A stretch of 64,000 nt of DNA from Amoebidium appalachense (Eukaryota; Protista; Ichthyosporea): positions 930,001 through 994,000 of the forward strand of contig CAVNZM010000010.1 in the NCBI GenBank assembly GCA_963693365.1, read 5' to 3'. Each line of letters starts with the position of its first letter. Position 1 is the stretch's first letter. This document shows positions 18,692-45,217 of the stretch, piece after piece. The position numbers were made by a program, and so were the translations under genes. The notes under the pieces were generated by a model. The model did not search any database. It was not told where the DNA came from and saw nothing but the letters and a program-made list of their open reading frames with translations.

Positions 18692-19332
18692 GGGGAACCC
18701 CAACTAATTGATTTCTCCTTGTAGTCTTTATGGTGTCTCGTAGAGAAAGTAAACCCTGATATATAGTCACCACCCGACATCTATGTACGTGATCATGATA
18801 TACCGCTGAGGGGATATTCCGAGCAAAACCCCCCCCCCCATACCTGAGACTGGTTCTCTTTGCCTCGAGTAAACAGCGTAAACCCCTACTGTATGTATCA
18901 CACAAAATTCGATAAATCCGATATCATTTTATTTCTTTCTTGCTTCACTTTACACCTTCTGGCCCCAGAAAAAACGTCCAAGTTACCGAGTTTTCCAAAC
19001 CCAGTTGCAAAATAGGGCTTGGCGGAAGAAATATCACCATTTCCGTATACGGATGCACACGGGAAGAAAAAGGGAAAAAAGCCAACCAAATCAATATATC
19101 GATCTTTTCCTCCGATATACTAACAACACGGGGCGCTAAATGCTATTATGATTTGCAGAAAACATGAAATACGGAACAGAATTTCATACAATGAAATATC
19201 ATCCTGTATACTTTACAGTTGATGCTACACCTTGATGCAGTGATACAATTCCTCGTACTCCCCCACGTGAAACCAGTCACGTGATGATGGGCTAATCCCA
19301 TTGGCTGCTGCTCTGGCAACACCTTAAAGCAT

Positions 19333-25724
<6,392 letters not shown>

Positions 25725-25960
25725 TGGGTCAGATATTAAAGCAAAAAAAGGAAGGGGGGGGGGGGGGGGGGAGAGGGACAGGGGAGGGTGGAAAGTGAAT
25801 GTGTGATTGTGTGTGCCTTGGAGGGGTGGGAGAGCTGGGTGTGTGTGTGTGTGTGTGGGTGGGTGGGCCTGAGGAGGGGGCCTGACAAGGGGTGGGGGGA
25901 GGGGGGGGGGGGGGTTCAGAGGAGAAAGGGATGATGGGCGGCCTGGAGTGGAGTTGGGTG

Positions 25961-25991
<31 letters not shown>

Positions 25992-27994
25992 AGGGCGTAA
26001 GGTGGCAGATGGGATGTTACTCGCCCACTGTAAAGAACAGAATAAAGGGCCAGTATGGTCCTTTAGAGTTGGCGTGGAATACAGCGCGAGAAAAAGATGG
26101 AAAAGAAGAAAAGGAAAAGCATTAGAGAGCCCAGGGTGGGTGGGCAGGGGGGGGGAAAGCGGGCAGGGAGGGGGGAGGAAGCGAGGGGGAAGGCAGGGGC
26201 CGGGGCGAGAGTCGGAGGAACATCACCGGGTGGAGGTTGGAGGCCTAAGGGGACGGGGGGAAGAAGGGGGGGGATGGTTGAGTGGGGGGAGGGAGGGAGG
26301 GAGGGAGATAGAGAAGAGCGCGGGGGGGGGGGGGGGGGGGGGGGAAGATACTGGGGGAGGGGGTAGACACGTGTGTGGGCTGATACAGAGAATGGATGAG
26401 CATGGGTGCTCTAAGCCATGGTAAGGCGGGAGGAAAGACAACTTGTAGGTTGTCTTCAGAAACGGTTGTGACCGAGAGGAAGCAATGGTGAAGGTGCAGG
26501 GTCTCTGTCGGGCCATTTTCGTTGTCTGTATATGTGGAGCTATGGAGAAATCATCTCTTGTTTGCCTTCAGACACGCTCTTGAAAATGATCGAATTGCCT
26601 AGTCTCATGTTCAGCCCATGTTCAGCCAGCCCTTCAGCACTCACCACAGAAGCACCCTCCGGGCGGATGCGCTTGGGGGGAATCTGAAGGCCGCCGCTGG
26701 AAGTACGCTTCTGCGTCTCCTCAGGAAGGACAGCTGTGTTCATTTTCATTATTATGTTTTTGGGACACAAAGGGTCTCTCTAATCCTTCCTTTTTCTAAA
26801 AAAAAAAGTGGGGGTGGGTCGTTTACAGTTTGAGTGCCGTGTGACAAAGGCAGGGTGTTGGCGATTATATTAATATCTGATGCATGTCCCTCTAAGAGCG
26901 GGGTAAACGCTTTTTATAGCTTTTTGGTTGCAAGCTTTCCCAGACGGGCAAGCAAGCAGGTTTATCTTATCTTTAAAAATGGCTACTCCATATTAATAAT
27001 AATATGTGTGCATCTAAGATACTCATAATTTAATAGTAGTAAATATAAATCTTTGCAACTGCTGTTTCAATACTATCTGTGAATTTCACTACTCTATCCG
27101 ATAGTTTCTGTCAGCGTGCCTGATATGGATGCTCCATTCAAATCATGCATATGCAATGCAAATTATGCATATAGGATTTGCCCCCCTACCACTCTTAACG
27201 TTAAGAAGCATGATTGGGTAATACTAGCGCCAATCGGTGTAGCTGTGAGCAAACAAAATGATTTGCGACGAATAGGAACACGCATTCAATTTCGTCAACG
27301 TTGCTACTGACTACAGTCAACAGTGCAGCACCAGGTGCCACTTTGAGTGCAATCACTGAGTTGAGTTGTCTAAAAGCAGCCGGTCTAAAAGGCATACATT
27401 GCAACTGAAAGAATATAACACATATTTCTATCCAGCTAGGTGATTGTATGTAGTAATCGCTTTCCTACCTATATCATTCAATTTCAGCAGACTGGAGCCA
27501 CTGGTTCCAACCTGATATTTAGATGCATCTTTGGCCTTGGGCTAATGGCACATCATCGGCGTCGCCGCACTGCACATGTTTGCCTGAAGGTATTAGCCAA
27601 TGGAATGATTGCTAAAATAGCACGATTTACCGTTTTTCAAAAGATGATGGAAATTTATATTTTGCGCAACACTTGCGCAATCTTCTCTACTCAAGCAAAT
27701 TCATGTTTTTGTTTTTTGGAGCTTTGCAAATTTGAAGAACGCCATTTAGTAAATGCTACTGGACTACTAGTTTACTGTTCTCCCAGAGGGCATCCACACC
27801 TCGTTGTTTGTAGGTGTGTTAGTTCTTGTAATAAAAAAACTGCACCTTGTCCAAGAGATCACCCCAGTTCAAGTACATTCTATGCACCGAACTACGAATA
27901 AAAGCTGTGTGTGTGTGGGATTTAATCTTGACTCAAATTCCAGCAAATCTCAGTTCGCATAGATCCCAAGCAAATCCTATATACACGGCAGCAA

Positions 27995-34484
<6,490 letters not shown>

Positions 34485-34696
34485 AACTTAAAAAGATTTT
34501 TTTAATAATATCTTCCTTGAACCATACAGCTGTTTAGTTGTAGACATGGTGTAAGGAAAGATTGATGTCTTGAATTCGTTACTGACCGTCATTGCTTGTA
34601 CTAATTAGTACATGTACAAACAGACGCAATATCTATTTAATGCATGTATGCACATCTGCATGTGTGTATATATATGTGCACGCACACACACATGCA

Positions 34697-34857
<161 letters not shown>

Positions 34858-35794
34858 CACACACACACACACACACACAACCTCATCACCCGGCCTTGTT
34901 CGTACATCGTACATGCTCAATTTATTAGGCTTCTCTCCCTCCCTCCTTTCTTTCTGAACCAAAAAAATGCGGGTGGGGAGAGGGGGGAGTGGGGAGAGGG
35001 GGGGGGGCTTCCTGTACACATGTATGTGACTGTATGTTATGCAGAGCTGCTTTTATATTTGTGTGATACGTCGACTTTAATGTTGCTGATAGGAACATTA
35101 ATATTGTCCGCGCACTGTTCTTTAGCCTTCCCGTCAATGTATGAATAGAGATGTAGATACCGGTTGATATTAATATTGTCATTTTTCCCCTAGCATTTGT
35201 TTGCAAAGCCTTCTTCCTGCTGATTTCAGCTAGATGTCGTTCGTGTTCCCGTGTTTTTGATAATTTACACGCTTTTTTTTTTATACTTTACACGTTTTTT
35301 TTTTTTTTTTTTGGATAATTTGCACGCTTTTTCTAAAGAAATATTTACGGTTATGTCTCGAGCCGGGTGCAAATATACGCCTCTGTCTTTTAAAAAGTAG
35401 TATTAAATGTATAGGTAAGGTGTTAGCGTGATCTCGTTCGAGGAAGTGACCTCCCAAATTCCTTTTAATGCAATTGTTTTAAACATTTAAAGGATATTTA
35501 AACCATACAATAAAATTACTTCTCCCGCAGGATCTGGAATTGAAATCTTTCTCATGGGCCCCAGTTTAATCGGGTGCAGCATAAAAATTGCATTTTTGAA
35601 TTTTATATTTTTATTTAAACTTAATTAACCTATATAGCCTGTCATTGTACCTTATCTATAGTCGGCACCGAAGCCAGGGCTGGGAAGCTTATAGAGAAAC
35701 AACGAGTGGGCCCAGGTGGGTGGGTGGGTCACACCTGCACCTTTGACACACCGCGTGCCACGGACACAACCTTCCCCCCCCCCCCCCCCCCCCT

Positions 35795-35836
<42 letters not shown>

Positions 35837-35968
35837 CCACACACACACACACACACCTACACACACACACGTGCGCACACACCGGGCTCCCTCAGGCTGC
35901 CCCCTCCCTCCACATGCACGCACATCTTCCAACCCACCCAGAATAGGACCCACGGACTTCAACTGCCA

Positions 35969-36007
<39 letters not shown>

Positions 36008-36449
36008 GCAGGGTGTGTGGGGTGGTGCTGTCCCCCCCCCCCCCCCCCCCCCCCAAAAAAAAACAAAAACAAAAAAAAAAACACCCAGCAGGGAGATACA
36101 TGTGGAATCCCAAAAAAGTAGATTCGAATCACAAAGCTCCTAAGAACCAATCACGTATGCATACATGTACACTTTTTTAAATTTGTTGTTTTTTATTTCT
36201 AGTCTAGCAGCTGTACGTGCAGTAACGATTGGTTTCTTAAATTTAAAGTTCTTTTGTCCCGGATTTTTGCCAACGTTTCCAAGTTCAAGACTTAGTTGTT
36301 CTTTCGACCAATACACATCAAAACTGCTTCAATCTCGCTTCTGATGGTCTTTTGCAACAAAACCCACACGTACCAAGCAAATAAGCACACAATCTACGTA
36401 CAAAAATTTAAGGTGCATAGCTATATGACTGCAAGTTAACGTTGTGCAC

Positions 36450-36465
36450 GGGGGAAGTACGTCAG

Positions 36466-36498
<33 letters not shown>

Positions 36499-36622
36499 TT
36501 TGTGTTATCTTATTTTCCCCCAGTCTCGGCATGGCAACCCTCATATTCTCAATTTCTTTCAAAATTCTAGTACTTTTTATCTTAAAGGTGATCCTGAATG
36601 ACCCTTATTCTGAATGACCCCT
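36450..36622 (+). mobile_element. Remnant right end of the same TIR element family as 48203-49741
   Basis: gttatcttattttccccc...aaaattctagtact..ttatctta.aggtg..cctgaatgaccc matches 49631-49741. The terminal ctgaatgaccc motif is duplicated here and no clear left end was found. Confidence 0.7.
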
Positions 36623-37308
36623 TCACTCACGTAAGCAGGACTAGTCAGCGAATTCCTTCATACCGGCCATTCATTATTAAGGTCTGTCAAGTTTCTGTTA
36701 ACTTTCCTCCAACATACCCCCCCCCCCCCCCCCCCCCCCCCTCCTTTCCCTTTCACCGGTTGGGGGGGGGGGGGGGGTCAACTTGTGTCATGTGCACATA
36801 TATGCCGTCAACTTTCACTGTGTGGCCTGCACACAAACATTATATATATATAGTTTATTGCATTCGTAGTGTGGTCAGAGCTTCAATGTACGTGATTGTG
36901 ATTGGCGTAGGCACGTGCACAACATTCGCATTAACACAAGGAAAACAAATCCGGTTTCCGAAAGATATCTACGAGACTACAATGCATATACATGGGCATG
37001 TATACGTACGATAAACAGATGCACCTTTAGATTATCGGTCAAGCAAATGTAATGGTAAACATTGGCCATGTGTAATGGTGGTGTTCGTTTCCTTTCAAAC
37101 AAAATCAATATACGCTTGTTTGTGTGTCTTACTTTCAGCCAAAGGATAGGTCACAACTAGAAAAGCAGGGATTACGGTCGTTGGGGATTTAAATACTCCG
37201 CCTCCTAAGGCGTCCACCAATCAAAACTGTCCGAATGCTAAAGCGTGAAGGATATCGATGGCACTGCATGATATCGAACCAATCAGCACCGTCCATTAAA
37301 ATAATAAA

Positions 37309-39201
37309 TCACATGTTGAACCGTGAAGGGTGGTATTGCATGATATCGTGCCAATCAGTATCGTCCTCTTCAAACCTCTCACGGAACACTTTAAGGTGGT
37401 CAGAGTCGAACCCCAACTCCCCCAACCGATCAAGAAACTGGGCACTGTTGTCCTTGTGGAGACCAGACTTGAGCTCGGGATTGATGGAACAGAGCCTGTG
37501 GGTGTGTGTGTGTGGGTTTGGGGGGTTTTTTTTTTTTGGGGGGGGGGGGGGGGAGGGTGGTTTATGTGTGTGTGTGTGTGGGGGGGGGGGGGGGGAGGAG
37601 GGAGGGTGGTTTGTGTGTGTGTGTGTGTGGGGGGGGGGGGGGGAAGGGGAGGGGGGGGGTGTTGACTTTGGGGTTTTTGTGCGTGTGTGTGAAGAGGGGG
37701 CAGGGGAGAGGGGGGGGGGGGAGGGGAGGGGGGGGGGGGGGGGAGGGGGGGGGGGGGGGGGGGGGGGGATTGACGTATGAATTAGAGGGTGGCAACCAGG
37801 GCAGCAAAGGCACCACAAACCCACAAAGAAAAAAATACAGCAGACGGAAACGACGATATCGTGCGTGTAGAAACGATTGAACAGACCTCATCCTTAAAAG
37901 AGGGGGAGGGGGGGGGGGGGGGGGCCTGGAGGAGGTTGGAATGCGTTATAGAGTACAAACTACAGATGTCTTTGGACAACACAATGCAGAGTGCAAAGAA
38001 CACATGAAGGGGGAGAATCGCCTTCAAAAAGCCCGGGTTTCGATTTTTGAACCTCTTGAGTGTGTTTCCAACCCATAATTACTTCTGGGGCAATAAGCCA
38101 CTAAACCTTCCAGCCAAATACGAGCACTTCTTTTACAAACAACAACAAAAGAGCAAAGAGTAAGTCAAGCTTCTGCGTCGAAGTTAATCAACACCCTAAC
38201 CTATATTGTAAGGGGGGAAGGTGGGATTAGCATTGTTGTGGTGTGTGTGTGTGTGTGTGTGTATGTGTGTGTGTTTGCGTGTGCATGTGTGCGTGTTTGC
38301 GTGTGCATGTGCGCGCGCGTGCGCATGTGTGTGTGTGTCTGTGTGTGTGTGTGTGTGTGTGCGTATGTGTGTGTGTATGTGTGTGTGCACGGGCGAACAC
38401 GCGTTCTGTGAGCGTGTGTTGTGTGTAGAGGAACGGGGGGGAGGGAGGGAGGGTTGGGGGGGGGGGTTGAGGGGGATATATTGCAACATACGCATCCAGT
38501 AGCAGCATGCAGATAGCAGACAGAACACCCAAAGAGAAGTAGAGGGACCTGCGCCCTGCATATACACACCCCGTCAGTTACATAACCGACACCCCACAAT
38601 GAGCCTACTGGGAAAGACGGGGTATTCACGGAGCCAAATCTCCAAAACAAGTTTGAATAAGGCCGAACACGGTGAAATTTTCCTGTTCTATGGTGTTTCA
38701 AACCCCCCTCCCCCCCCCCCCCCCCCTGGATTCTGGTGAACCCCCCCCCCCCCCCCCCCCCCCCTCCCCGCCTCCTCCTCCTCCCCCCCACTCTCTCCCC
38801 CCTTTTTTGCTCATCCCCATGCACTCCGCACCAATTTGGTGACCTTTAACACAACTTTTTGCCCTTCACTTGTATTTACCTTTTCATACCGGCAACTTCG
38901 ACATTGATTTTGGTGACCCCAGCACGGCCAATTTGCGCTCTAATGTGAGCAATGAAATCGATAAGAACCAGCAAAATACACAAACACCACATTAAAAAAG
39001 GGGGGGGAGGGGGAGGTATGCGCACCCAAATCGAAGGTGTTAACGAGCATGGTCAGGTCCTGACTCACACAGTTCGGTCTCACCCCAAAGCTGGACAGAA
39101 GCGTAGGCACCCTGTACGTGTGTGTGTGTGTATGTGTGTGTGTGTGTGTGTGCGCGCGCGCGCATGCGTGCGTGCGTGCGTACGTGCATGTGTGTATGTG
39201 T

Positions 39202-39232
<31 letters not shown>

Positions 39233-39440
39233 GGGGGAGGGAGGTTATGTGCGTGTGCGCTTGTGCGTGCATACATGCACATGTATGTATTCGTGCGCAT
39301 GTGAGCTTGGGAGTGTGTGGACACCGCCTGTGCCTATAATATAGAAGAATGTGCAACAATCCAACATTTCTTTTTGGTTTATGAGGAACTAAGAATGTTC
39401 GTCGAAAAACACAATATAGGGGAGGGAGGGAGAAAGGGAA

Positions 39441-39480
<40 letters not shown>

Positions 39481-39819
39481 TGGGGGGAAAAAAAAAAGGG
39501 AGTGTACAGAGTTGGGGGGAGGGGGGGGGGAGGGGGGGGATGATGTATGCGTTAGAGGTTTGGAAATATGGAGGAGACAACAAAAAGCAACAACAAAAAC
39601 GTCACAACAACGAGAAGTGTGCAGGCAGACAACACTTGAGCAGAGCCGATCATCAGAGGGCGGGGGGGGGGGGGGGGGGGGGGGGGGAAAGGAAAGGGAG
39701 AAGAGGGGGGGAGAGGGGGAGGGGGGGGGGGGGAGGGGGAGCGTACACGCTGTTGAGCTGTTGAAGCAAAATCTTTCGTCGTGTGGCTGTGGTCACCATG
39801 CCTGCCTGAGGGATGACGG

Positions 39820-39875
<56 letters not shown>

Positions 39876-40744
39876 ACGTGTGTGTGTGTGTGTGACTGCG
39901 TGAGTGTGTGTGTGACTGCGTGAGTGTGTGTGTGATTGCGTGATTGTGTGTGTGATTGCGTGAGTGTCTGTGTGGTTGCGTGAGTGTGTGTGTGATTGCG
40001 TGAGTGTGTGTGTGATTGCGTGAGTGTGTGTGTGATTGCGTGATTGTGTGTATGATTGCGTGTGTGTGTGTGTGTGATTGCGTGAGTGTGTGTGTGATTG
40101 CCTGAGTGTGTGTGTGATTGCGTGAGTGTGTGTGTGATTGCGTGAGTGTGTGTGTGATTGCGTGAGTGTGTGTGTGATTGCGTGATTGTGTGTGTGTGAT
40201 TGCGTGAGTGTGTGTGTGATTGCGTGTGTGTGTGTGATTGCGTGAGTGTGTGTGTGATTGCGTGAGTGTGTGTGTGATTGCGTGAGTGTGTGTGTGATTG
40301 CGTGAGTGTGTATGTGATTGCGTGAGTGTGTGTGTGATTGCGTGAGTGTGTGTGTGATTGCGTGAGTGTGTGTGTGATTGAGTGGACAACGGAGATGAGT
40401 GAGTACGTTTGTGTAGTATGTGCAGGCCTTTATAGGTCCATAGGATGGCAAAAAAGAAAAAGACCAAAAAACATACAGGCACACCTCGAGAAAACAATAC
40501 ACCTCCAGTCAAAACAAAAACGCCCGAGTCGAAGCCACGAGAAAGAGCTTAAAGCGTATGGAATGGAGTCAAAAAAGAATGGTGGTGATGGTGGGTGGGT
40601 GGGTGGGTGGGCGGGTGGGGGGGGGGAGGGGGGAGGGGGTGTTGAGGTAGAACATAACAGACGCAAACACAAAGGCCCAGACGATCATCAAGGGGGTTCC
40701 TATGCCCCAGGCACGAACAAGATTCGTATCGCCTGCGAAGGCAT

Positions 40745-40792
<48 letters not shown>

Positions 40793-40998
40793 GGTGTTTG
40801 AATGTGCCATAAAGTATAGAGTGCACATGAACGACGGGTAACACAATGCCGAGCGCAAACCACACAGAGTATCCATCATAAGCAGAGCCCATTCTCAGCC
40901 CCCCCCCCCCCCCCCCCCCCCCCCCCGCCCCCCGGGTCATCCACAGTACCCGAGTCTCCACTCATTCACCTTGTAGACCGAAGCCCAACTCAGATACT

Positions 40999-41060
<62 letters not shown>

Positions 41061-42385
41061 GGGGGGAGGGAGGGTAGACCCACCTTCACTCAATCTTAGC
41101 CCTTCTTCCTCCTCCCTTCCCTCACTCTCTGGAACTTCCCCCTCCCCCTCCACGTTCCCACACCCCACGTCCAACTTCCCCTGCAGGAATCTCTTTGTGT
41201 CCTCCGTCACCCAATCATCTATGGCCGTCCATACAGTTCCAAATATGGTCATTTTTGGCTTGGATTTTTCGCTTCCACTTTTGGTACCTGCCTTTTTAGG
41301 CATGTGCATCATCGCCAAAAGAAGATTCGGGTCGGTTCGGTTTGTCGGGTCAATCTGGTACCCTTCCCCCCCTTCCGTTTTCCTCTTTGCTCCCACCACC
41401 TCTTTCCTTTCACTCCCTCCCTCCCTTCTATTTTCGCCCCCCTCCACCCCCGCCTCCTTTCCCTCTCCTTCACCACACCCTTCAACTTCCTTCCCCTTTC
41501 TTGAAACTTCCATTTCGTTTTTCGGTATTTTCGGTGCGAAATTTCGCTTTTGAGGAACCTTAAATCCGTCGATTAGGTCCGGATCGGCATTGTATACATT
41601 CGAGGGGGGTGGGACGATATCGCCAAATCTCTCCGTTACAGATGCGAGTGGGGTTGATTCCTTTGTGCGTTGTTTGGAAGGTTCGGAGGGGTTGACTTCC
41701 TCCGGTACAAGCTTCTTGTCATCTCTGTTTGGGTATGTGTATGGGGAGGAGTGAGAGCGGGAGTGAGGGGCGGGGAAAGGGAGGGAGAAGAAGAAGGGGG
41801 GGGGGGGGGGGGGGGAGGGAGGGATAATGGAGGGGGGAAAGAGGGGAGGGGATGGGGAGAGAAGGTAGGGGGAGAGAAAGGAGGGAGGGAGGGAGAGAGG
41901 GAGAGAGGGGAGGGAGGGAGAGAGGGAGGGAAGGAGTGAGCAAGTTAAGGGAACAGAGGAGAAATCATTTAGTTACGATATGAGAGTAAACTGTTGGTTG
42001 TATTGATGGAGGAAAGAAGAAAAGGCAGCCACTGGCTAAAGAAACCTCTGTGCTTGTGTACATAACGGGAGAAAAAAAAAGGGTGGGCTGCGGTGGTGGT
42101 GGTGGTGGTGGTGGTTGTGGTGGTGGGGAAGAGAGGGGGGGGGGGGGGGGGGGGGGTTACTGTATGTATTCAAGGGTGGAGAAAACGGAAGCAAAGAATC
42201 AAACACCCTAAATAAAAGAGCAGAATAAGAGAAACCAGAACTATAGTGCAGGAAAGGCCCCACTCAGCAGAATCAATGAAGCTGCAAGAAAACTGGTTTT
42301 CGAGCCCCTCGAATACTCTAACATGTGGTTTCCAAACCATTCTTTACTCCAACCCTCATATGTGTGTGTGCGTGTGCTTGTGTGC

Positions 42386-42477
<92 letters not shown>

Positions 42478-43164
42478 CGCGCGCGCGCTCGGAATGGGTG
42501 GCGGTGGTGATGGGCGGGTGGGTGGATGGGTGGGTGACGGTTTGGGGAAAGGGGGGGGGGGGGGGGGGGGGGGGGTCTTAGCCTACCCAATTTTCAACAG
42601 TCGTATTCTGATTTCTTGGTCCCTGTGAAAGGGTTAAGGTCAGATTTGGGGACAAGGATGTTTGCACAAGGAGGGACCAGAAAGACATAAATGGGAAGGA
42701 AGAGGGAAGGAGGGAGGGACGGAGTGAGGGAGAGGGAGATGGACAGGGAGGAGATAAAAGACGGAGGGGGGGGGGAGGCCGGGGGGGGGAGGGGGGGGGG
42801 GGGTTGCATTTGAGAATAGGGGGGGGGGGGGGGGGAGGGGGGGGGGGATGTGCTATCAAGTACGAAGTTCACAACGGACAGCACAATGCAGATTTTGCGA
42901 AGCGAACAAAACGAGTATGCATCTAGGCAGAGCCCAGGGAGGGGGTGGGGGAGGGGGGAGGGGGGGGGGGGGGGGGGGGGGGGCATTTGTGCAAACTGTA
43001 CTTTTTTGTTCTCAGCCAGAGTGCAGCCTCTGATAGCTGGCTGGCATAGAAGTCGCTAGCAACATGGCAGCCGTTGCCACAGAACCTTCCAACCACCTCC
43101 CTGTCGTAGACCTTGTGCTCACGGAGAGACACCATATAACGGCCCCCTTTCTGTGCGTGTGTGT

Positions 43165-43195
<31 letters not shown>

Positions 43196-44835
43196 GGGGA
43201 GGGAGGAGTGGGAAGCAATGGGGGGGGGGGGGGGGGGATTGTGCATGTGCGTGTGTTTTCGGGGGGGGGGGGGGGTGCATTTTTTCCCCGGGGGGGGGGG
43301 GGGGGGGAGTGAGCGAGTGAACGTGTGCCGGTTTATGAGTCCTCCTGTGCGAGTGAGTGAGTGAGTGAGTGAGTGAGTGAATGAATGAATGAGTGAGTGA
43401 GTGAGTGAGTGAGTGAGTGAGTGAGTGAGTGAGTGAGTGAGTGAGTGAGTGAGTGAGTGAGTGAGTGTGTGTGTGTGTGCGCGTGTGTGTGTGTGTGTGC
43501 GCACACATGCATGTGCGTATGTGTTCTCTCTCTCCCCGGTGCTCTCTCTCTCTCTCTCCCCCCCCCCCCCCCCCCCCCTCTCTGGGTGTGCGTGTGTGCT
43601 TATGTGTGTGTGTGTGTGTGTGCAGGTGTGTATGTGTATGTGTGTGTGTGCGCGCGTGTGTGTATGTGTGCTCGTGTCTGTGTATTCGTGTTCGTGTGTG
43701 CCTCCGTGTGTGTGCATGTACACGCCCAGGTGTGTCCGTGTGAGTATGTACGCGTGCAAAAGTATTTTTCACAAACAATGATAATGGCATACAACATACC
43801 AACCAAGCACCCCACACCATGCACACACACCTGTTCTGGCAGTTTCCGCCCACACAGCGGGTAGCCGCAGATTTTGCTGAGTGCCCTCTCCTCCACTACC
43901 TCCCCATAGTCCACAGGCCGGAGGTACTTTGCCTAAAATGGAAATAGACTTAAGATTAATGTCGTCATCTTGCAACGACAAAACACGACTTCCAGCTTTA
44001 ACATACCATACACACGACATACTTTGACTAAGTTTGATGACGCGGGGCCGGGGGAAGGGGGCTGGGGCCGGGGGAGGGGGGGGGGGGGGGGGGTTAGAAT
44101 GTGTTTTAAGAGTACGAAGTACATGATCATAAGGGGCAACACAATCCGAAGTGCAAATCACACACAACGAGTATGCATTCTTAGCAGAGCCCGTCTTCGG
44201 AAGAGATGGGTGAGGGGGGGGGGGGGGGGGGGGGGGGGGGGAGGGGGGGGGGGGGGGGGGGGGGGGCACGCCTAAGGGGGGGGGGTGCCCAAGTCATCCA
44301 CAGGGGGGAAGTGGGGAGGGGGGGGGGGAGGGGGGGTCTCGTGATTTTAAACCAATCATACCGCGTCTGCCAAATGCTGCCTATCCACGTATCCAACCAC
44401 ACAAAAAAAAAGGGAAGGGGGGGGAGGGGGGGGAGAAATCGTGATTTATAACCAATCATTACCGCGTCCGCCAACTGCTGTTTGTCCACGTGACCAAGCA
44501 AAGACATCTGCACGTCTGCAACTCTTTCCTCCGAGTCCACACGATGCCTCGCCTCCGCCTCTACCCTCCGTCTCAATTCCTTTTTCCTCGCTTCAATTTC
44601 CCGCTTTTGCGCTTGTCTGACCGCGTTGGGAGGGGGTGCCTTTTTCACGTTTGTTTTGTTGGTTTTTGTCGTTGTGGTGGTGGTGTCGTCCGAGGTGCGG
44701 GATGGGGTAGGCGGGGTGTTTGCGGTGTGTGACGTCCCTCCCCGGACTGTATGGATGAAGGGAAGGAGGGAGGGAGAGAGGGGGGGGGAGGGGGGGGGGG
44801 AGGGGAGAAGGGGGAGGGGGGGGGGAACGGAGGAA

Positions 44836-44866
<31 letters not shown>

Positions 44867-45163
44867 CAATGATCTGTTTATAAGGAACATTATAGACTAT
44901 AATTGGATTTATTGTTGGTAAATTTGAAGTTTGAAGGGATGTGGAGGAAGGAGTGTGTGTGTGTGGGGGGGGAGGGGGGGGGGGGGGGGCTGGAATACAA
45001 TACAGGTTACGAGGCACACATTCTCGACGGACAACAGTGTGCAGACTTCACACAGAACGCTTAAAGAATATAAATTAAGTAGAGTACATTCTCAGGAGGG
45101 CACCCAGACAACCACAACATCAAAACTTCATAACCTCGGGTACGAAACCCAAAAAGTCCACAC

Positions 45164-45217
<54 letters not shown>

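Noticed and set aside
16800-18720. Target-site duplication around the LINE
   Set aside because: The sequence after the poly(A) (cggggaaccccaac) was not found at the 5' junction.
26020-26030. 7-nt micro-exon candidate (tttacag/TGGGCGA/gtaaca) upstream of DAHP synthase
   Set aside because: It is not needed by either gene model and would break the phase of the two-exon extension model.
40962-41083. RPAP2 ending in a polyproline tract at the ORF-track stop 40962
   Set aside because: A good donor AAG|GTGGGT at 41084 gives the right phase for four further RPAP2-like exons, so the poly-C is intronic.
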